NCBI GenBank assembly: GCA_965240325.2
Contig: OZ251225.1
Location: 2,418,001-2,482,000, forward strand
Direction of reading: 5' to 3'
Length of the DNA: 64,000 nucleotides
From: Rebecca billardiae RCC1528
Taxonomy: Eukaryota; Protista; Haptophyta
A program made the translations under genes and the position numbers. The notes beneath the pieces are model-generated. The model was not told the DNA's origin. It did no database searches and worked only from the letters and a program-made list of their open reading frames with translations. Below are positions 57,941 through 64,000 of this stretch, one piece after another (within the stretch, counting starts at the first letter, position 1; each line of letters begins with the position of its first letter).

Positions 57941-60900
57941 CTACAGCGACGCCTGGTAGCTCGCGTCGAACGGCGGCGCGGGCAGCTCGGTGCCCGTGTC
58001 ACGCAGGTCGAGCGGCACGACGATCGTCTTTGACGCTCGCACGCCGCTCGTGATGGAGTGGCATGCGAGCGGAGACTCGAGGCCGCTCGTGGCGAGCAGC
58101 GCCTCGCAGCGGCGCACCTCGAGGGCGGAGTGGCCCGTGCACGAGTACAGCGTCTGCTCGTCGGGCGTGCAGTCCCCGGGCACTCGCTGCGGAGAGCCCC
58201 TGCGCACAGCGAGGCTGCCGCCGTCGGTGCTGGGCGGCAGCGGCCGCAGATGCCACGAGCGGACCGCGACGACAAGGGCGGTCGCGGCGAGCAGCGACGG
58301 CTCGAAGCGGAGGAGCGCGTATTCGCGCGTGGAGCGCACGAGTATCTGCGCGCGCGCGCGCGCGCGCCGCGTGGTGGTGCGCCGATCGGTCAGACGAGCA
58401 GGCACCGCCGGACGTGCCAACGCGCGGCCGGCTGGTGCCGATGGCGCCAGCACACGGGGGTGAGTGAGCGCGCGCGCGCGCACCTCGTGCGCAACCGACG
58501 CCGGCTCGTCGCGCAGCGGCACGAGCGCGCTGAACTTGGCGAGGAAGTGCAGCGGCGAGCGCTGCGCGAAGACAGGCTCGTGCATGCCGATGCCCAGCCG
58601 CTGCGCACACGCGCCGAGCGCGGCGGCGCGCGAGGCGGCGGCGCGGCGCAGCGGTGAGAGGAGGCGTGGCGCGCGCGTGGCCGCACGGGCGCGAGCGCGC
58701 CGCGTGGCCGGCCGCTCGGCAGCGCGCGCCTCGCGCCGCGCTCACGTGCATCAGCCTCGCCTCCATGCTGACGACCTCGTCGACCGTGTACGTGTTGTCC
58801 GTCCAGTACACCACGTCCTCGGCGGTCGCGAGCCCGCGCAGCTCCATCATGTCGCCGTCCTGCGAGAGGAGCTTGCAGTAGTTGTTGGAGGAGAGCATCA
58901 GCGCGACCGCGCCCACGAGCTGCAGGCACTCCTTGTTCACGTTCGCCATCGAGAGGTACCGGTCGACGGCGTGCACGCCGGCGAAGAGCACGTGCGGCGG
59001 CAGCTGCAGCTCCTCGTACAGCTCGATCAGCCAGTCCACCAGGATGCTGGGAGCGCCGGGGGCGGCCGGCGGCGCGCCGAGGGGGAGGGAGGCGGCGGCG
59101 GCGCGCGCGGCGCGCGCGAGGCCGTGAGCGGCGCGCGCTCGGGCGGGCGGCCCAGCCGGCGCGCCGGCAGGGAGGCGCACGCGCCATCTCGCGCGCGCGC
59201 AAGCGCCCTGCGCGCGGCGCGCACCGGCGCATCGACGTGTTCACCTCGCGCTGCCGCGCCATGTAGAAGGGGTTGGGCAGCCGCGCGCGCTCCAGCTGGC
59301 GCAGCTCTCGCGCGAGCGCGGTCGCGCCGGGCATGACGCTCGCGGAGGCGGGGGCTCCGGCGGCACCGTCGGGCCCTGAGCCCGCGCCGCTCGGCTCCGC
59401 GTCCGAGCACCCCTCCGCACCGTCCACGCCGATGCTGTCGTCCCGCAGCATCATCTTGCGCATCTGCTCCACAGAGGGCGTGCTCGGCTGCGGCCGGCGG
59501 CTGCCCGGCGCTCCGTCGTCCTCATCGCCCGGCGCGTCCACCATCGGCACGTCGGGCACGAGGACGGAGACCGAGTCCCACTTGCGCTTGTACACGGCGC
59601 TGAGCCCGCCCGCGCCCGCCGCGCCCGCCGCGCCGCCGCCCTCCGCGCCCAGCGCGCCCAGCGCGCCGCTCGGCTCGAACCCCGACTCGCCTCCGCTGCT
59701 GCTGCCGCGCTCGCCGCTGCCGTCAGCGTCGTCGCTATCCGCCTCGGCGCTCGGAGCGCGCGCGCCGCGCTCGCAGCCCTCGGGCGAGCCCGCGCCGGCA
59801 GGCGACTCCGCGCGCTGTCCACCAGCTGCGCCGCCGCCCGCCGACGCGGCCGCCGGCGCGGCCGCAGCGCCGCCGCGAGGAGGCGCCGCGGGCGCGGCCG
59901 CGGCAGGCGCGCAGGTGTCATCCGCCGGGGGCGCGGGTGCGCCTGGCTGAGCGGCGGCGGCGGCGGTGGCCACGCCGTTCGGCGCCGCCGGCGCGATGGA
60001 CGCGCTGCCGCCCGCCGCGGCGATCGACGCGGCGGCACGGGCCGCGCCGCCATCGCCCGCGCCCCGTCCCAACCCCGCGCTCACAGACACGCGCCGGCGC
60101 GCGGGCGCGCTCATCGCGAGCTGCCACGGCGACGTGTGCCGTGCGCCGGCGTGCACCTCCACGTCGTCCTCGGACGCGGAGAGCAGGCTCGAGAGCGTGG
60201 CATTGCCCTGCAGGTCGACGCAGAGCGGCGCGCGCCGCGCGCCGCCGCCGTCCTCGCCGCTCGCGCCGGCGCCGGCCGCGGCCGACCCAGCCGGCGCTGG
60301 CGGCGGGCTGAGGCACGGCCTGAGGCAAAAGAGCAGGCCGTCACCGTCCGCGTGCGGGTGCGCGCGCGCCAGGTCGGTGCTGCCGCCGCCCGACTGCAGC
60401 ATCAGCACGCCCGCGCCCGCGTTGGCGCGCGCGAGTCGGACGTGGCGCGCGTGCGTGTGCAGCGCCAGCGGCAGCCACGAGTGCCCGCCCGTGTGCAGCT
60501 TCGCCGTGAGCTGCTGCAGCCCGGCCGCGGTGATGCCGTTCGAGTGCAGGTCGAGCGCCGTGATCGACGGACCGTCCAGCACGGCCTGGAGGATGGCCTG
60601 GCTGCCCGCGTCGCCTGCGCGGCGGAGGGGCGGCGGCGAGGGGGGCGGGGCGGCGTGGAGCGCGCGCGGCGGCGCCGCCGGGCGCGCGCGGCTGAGCGGC
60701 GAGCTCGGAGGGCGCGCGGCGCGCGCAGCGAGCGCCAGGCCGCGAGCGAGGCGCGCCGCACCGAGCGCGTTGTGAGCGAGGCTCACGGTCCGCAGCGTGG
60801 AGTTCTTCGCGAAGGCCTGGCAGAGGGTGCCCACGGCGAGGGAGAGCTGCGAGGCGGACGTCTGCGCCGCCTGCGCCGCGCCCAGCCCGTTGTAGCTCAG

Positions 60901-62745
60901 GTCGAGCATCGTCAGGCTCGTGTTCGCCATGACGCCGCGCGCGATCGCGCGCGCGCGGCGCCACCCGCCTATGCAGCACCGGCGCACGCGCAGCTCCTTC
61001 AGCGACTTGTTCGTGGCGAGCTGCGCGGTGATCTGCTCGACGGGCGCGCCGCACGCGGAGATATAGTTGAACGAGAGGTTCAGCGAGGTCAGCTCGCACT
61101 CCGCGCCGAGCAGCGTGCCGAGCAGGTTGGCCGGCTCGCGCGTGTACGCCGTCACGTACTGCAGGCGCAGCGACTCCAGGCTGACGTTGGCGCGGAGCGC
61201 GTCGGCGAGCGCAGCGGTGCCGTCGGCGGTGAGCGGATTGAGCGAGAGGTCGAGCGAGGTGAGCTGGGGCGGCCGATGCCGCCGCGTGCGCGCGCCGCCC
61301 CTGCCCGCGCCGCCGTCGGCCGAGGCAGCGGCGCTGCCGGCAGCGTCGCTGGCTCGCTTCTCGCGATCCGGCGAGGCGCCGCGCGCCTCGGTCGCGGCCG
61401 GCGCGTCGGCAGCGGGCGCCCTTGGCGGCGCGCCGTCAACCACGTCCTCGCCGTCGACCTCCATCGCGTCGCCCGCTCGGGCTGCGTCGCGCTCGTCGCC
61501 GCCAGACGGGTCGACGCCCCGGCCCGTCGACTCCGCCAGCGCAGCCTCCTTCTCGCCATTGGCGGCAGCGGCGCCGTCGGCTGTGTCGGCAGCGTCGGCC
61601 GCGAGCGAGGGCAGCGCGGCGGGTGCAGAGGCGCTCCCCATCGCGCTCGGCCGCTCCGCGGCTGCGCCGCCGGCGTCCGCGAAGGCGCTCTGGCGGCCGC
61701 GCCGCGCGGGTGAGCCCCCCGGCGAGCACTCCGACGCCGCCGCCCCGCTGCGCAGCAGCAGGCTCAGCCCGCCCTCGACGCCGACACGCGTGATGGCGTT
61801 GTTGGAGAGATCGAGCGACTTGAGGCACACCTGCTCGGAGGCGAGCGCGGAGCAGAGCTCGATGCACAGGTCGTCGTCGAGGCTGCAGCCCGCGAGGCAG
61901 AGCGAGTCGAGCCAGTGGAGCGTGCGCACGGCGCGCAGCGCGCCGAAGACCACGCCCCACGACGCGGTGCCCAGCGTCGCGTACGTCAGCTCGAGCGCCT
62001 CGAGCACCGCGCCCGAGCGTCGGAGCGAGTCCACAAACTCGCACGCGTGCTCGTGCGTCGTCACCGTCTCGACGAGCGCGACGCGCTTGAGCGAGCGGAG
62101 GCCGCCCATCGCGGCGGTCGCCATGCACAGCGTCTCGGGCGCGCATGCCACCGTGAGCTGGCGCAGCTGCGTCAGCGCGTCGAGTGGGTACATGGCATCG
62201 TCGCTCGCGGCGCTCGCCGCATCCACGTGCGGCGCGCACCACGCCATGGCGCGCTTGAGCCGCGCGAGGCGGTGGTCGATGGTGTACCGGTCGGCAACGT
62301 TGTTCGCGAGATTCATCAGCTCGAACGTGTCGTGCGTCACGTAGTACTTGCACCACGACGCGCCCGGCGCGCCCGGCGGCGGCGGCGGGGGCGGCAGCTG
62401 GATGCGGCTCGCCTCACGATCTGTCGGGAGTGACCAGCGCGACGAGCCATCAAGCGCGTGGACCCACGACGGCAGCGCGAGGGGGGCGGGTCCTGCGCCG
62501 GTGGCCAGCACCGCGGAGCCGCCTGCCGCGTCGCACAGCGGCGGGAGCGGCGCGCCGCCGGCCGCGTGCGGCCATCTGTGCTGCGCAGCCTTCTGCCACA
62601 CCGCCTCGTGCTCGACGAGGGCCTCCCATTCCGGGTTGGCGCGGCACATTGCGACGAGGTCCCAGCAGTCGAGGAACCGGATGACGTGCAGTATCAGCTC
62701 CGACGGGAAGCGACAGCTGAGGAAGTCGTCCATGAGCGTCGCCAT
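57941..62745 (-). CDS. F-box + LRR + cyclin fusion protein; introns 60615-60761, 59047-59224, 58601-58745, 58346-58483
   Basis: F-box FPSELILHVIRFLDCWDLVAMCRANPEWEALV..EAVWQ and RI-like LRRs. Spliced cyclin box YMARQREVNTSMR-RILVDWLIEL...VDRYLS...LQLVGAVAL...TDNTYTVDEVVSME. Cyclin_C FEPSLLAATAL...TGHS. Confidence 0.82.
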
Positions 62746-63319
62746 GGCGATGGTGCGTGAGCGCTGCCGGCCCCAAGAGGGCCGCCCTCCTTAGCCGCAA
62801 CCCGGAGAAGGCGCGCAGCCGGACCCTCAAGACCATCCGGATGATCGGCTCGGGATCCGGCCATCGTCCCATCGAGCCTCAATCCGGAAAATGAGCCTCG
62901 TTGCCCGGACTCCCGGAGCAACTCCTGAAACTTCAGCGGGTTCCGCTGAAGTTTCGTTCATCACAAGCTTGCCCCAATCGCGCGCTAAAATTGGTCGTGA
63001 TGGACCATTCTGATCGTATTATTTTCAATTTTACTCATAGGAATGCTCCATCGGCCATACTTGATTATGCGGTTACGCTTGCAACGACAGATGATGAGTA
63101 GTGCTATTAGCGCGGCGGTTTTCCACTGCCTCATACAGCGAATGCTTGCCGATGATTATATGCCGACCCAGCAGCGAATGACCAGAAGGCGCGCGATCTC
63201 GCCCGCCGCCGACGACGCGGGGCCTAGACCGCCGGGGCCGCGCCCCGCCCGGAAACACCGCCGAAACCCCACCACCCAGCGTGATTGCTGCACCCAGCAA
63301 GGAGCTGCTGGCTTGCCCG

Positions 63320-64000
63320 ATGGCACGGCGGTCAAGCCGCGGCGCACGGCGCTCGTCGGCGGAGGGGCATGACGGAGGGCGGGAGGCGGTGGCGGAGAGC
63401 GACGGGGCCGCTGAGACCTTCCCCGCCCCCCAACTCTCGCTCAACGTGCTCGACCACCTGCCATCGGCGCTGTGGCTCGGCGGTGGCGGCATCGCGTGCT
63501 GGTGTGTGATTATCACTGCGGTGCTGCGAGGGATGAGCTCGCAGGCGAGCCACCTGCCAACGGCGGAGAAGCAAGCCGCGGAGATCGCGGCGAGTATGCT
63601 CACCACCGCGTGCCTCCTCCGCGCGATTACCACCTTGGCCTCCGCCAGCAACTCCGTGCACTCGGTCATCACCATCCCCATCATGGCCGTGCAGGCGATC
63701 GCCGCGTCGTCCAACTGGGTGATGGCGACGATGGCGGTTCCCGCGCCCGTCGACCCGATCACTGGCTGCCATGTCCAGCTCGTGCGCTACGGCGAGTGGT
63801 TCTGCTGCACGTTCATCATGGCCTTTGTCATCGAGGCGATCGATAACGACGCGAGCACGTTCCCCGTCTATCTCGGCCTCTCGCAGTCCGTTTGCATCCT
63901 CTTCGGCCTCGCGTTGCCGTACGCGCCGGGGCCGGTGAGCTGGGCCGTGCTGCTCGCGCTCTCGTGCATCTTCTTCGGCGCCGTCCACATGCGCCTCTAC
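63320..64000 (+). CDS. microbial-rhodopsin-like multi-TM protein, 3' end beyond window
   Basis: Stop-free frame from ATG 63320 to the window end, absent from the ORF track. Several TM segments and PVDPITGCHVQLVRYGEWFCCTFIMAFVIE, with an RYxEW helix-C motif at 63785-63799. Confidence 0.7.
   Translation, partial: MARRSSRGARRSSAEGHDGGREAVAESDGAAETFPAPQLSLNVLDHLPSALWLGGGGIACWCVIITAVLRGMSSQASHLPTAEKQAAEIAASMLTTACLLRAITTLASASNSVHSVITIPIMAVQAIAASSNWVMATMAVPAPVDPITGCHVQLVRYGEWFCCTFIMAFVIEAIDNDASTFPVYLGLSQSVCILFGLALPYAPGPVSWAVLLALSCIFFGAVHMRLY

Noticed and set aside
3202-60761. Many in-frame (3n), stop-free introns suggesting regulated retention
   Set aside because: About 9 of 22 inferred introns are 3n, close to the one-third expected by chance. 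Stops are rare at this GC content.

Overview
GC-rich, gene-dense eukaryotic nuclear DNA, not prokaryotic. It holds about 21 protein-coding genes with short (~95-215 nt) GC-rich spliceosomal introns. Donors are mostly GTGCGC/GTGTGC, one is GC-AG, and acceptors are usually GCGCAG. Intergenic spacers are AT-richer, with (TA)n tracts. This style fits a haptophyte alga such as Pavlovales (inference, not verified). Recognisable genes: DCAF8-like WD40 protein, DnaJ, G3BP-like NTF2-RRM protein, proteasome Rpn12, ABCA transporter, cystathionine gamma-synthase, SMYD-like SET protein, exosome Csl4, RCC1, a large LamG/extensin/MAM secreted glycoprotein and a GT2-like glycosyltransferase. Several unusual architectures stand out, the first and third only after manual splicing. 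(1) A signal peptide + ectodomain + 7TM receptor with a cytoplasmic TIR/HET-like domain that keeps the WCxxE glutamate; a related motif precedes an LRR array in the first gene. (2) An RCC1 (RanGEF) with N-terminal FG repeats and a Nup50/Nup2-like helical module inserted in the propeller. (3) An F-box + LRR + cyclin fusion lacking the CDK-contact lysine, head-to-head with (4) a microbial-rhodopsin-like membrane protein. (5) A possible SNAPC5-like small protein. Intergenic DNA contains two TA-flanked TIR elements, dispersed repeats and decayed ORFs. All domain calls come from motif recognition by eye; no searches were run.
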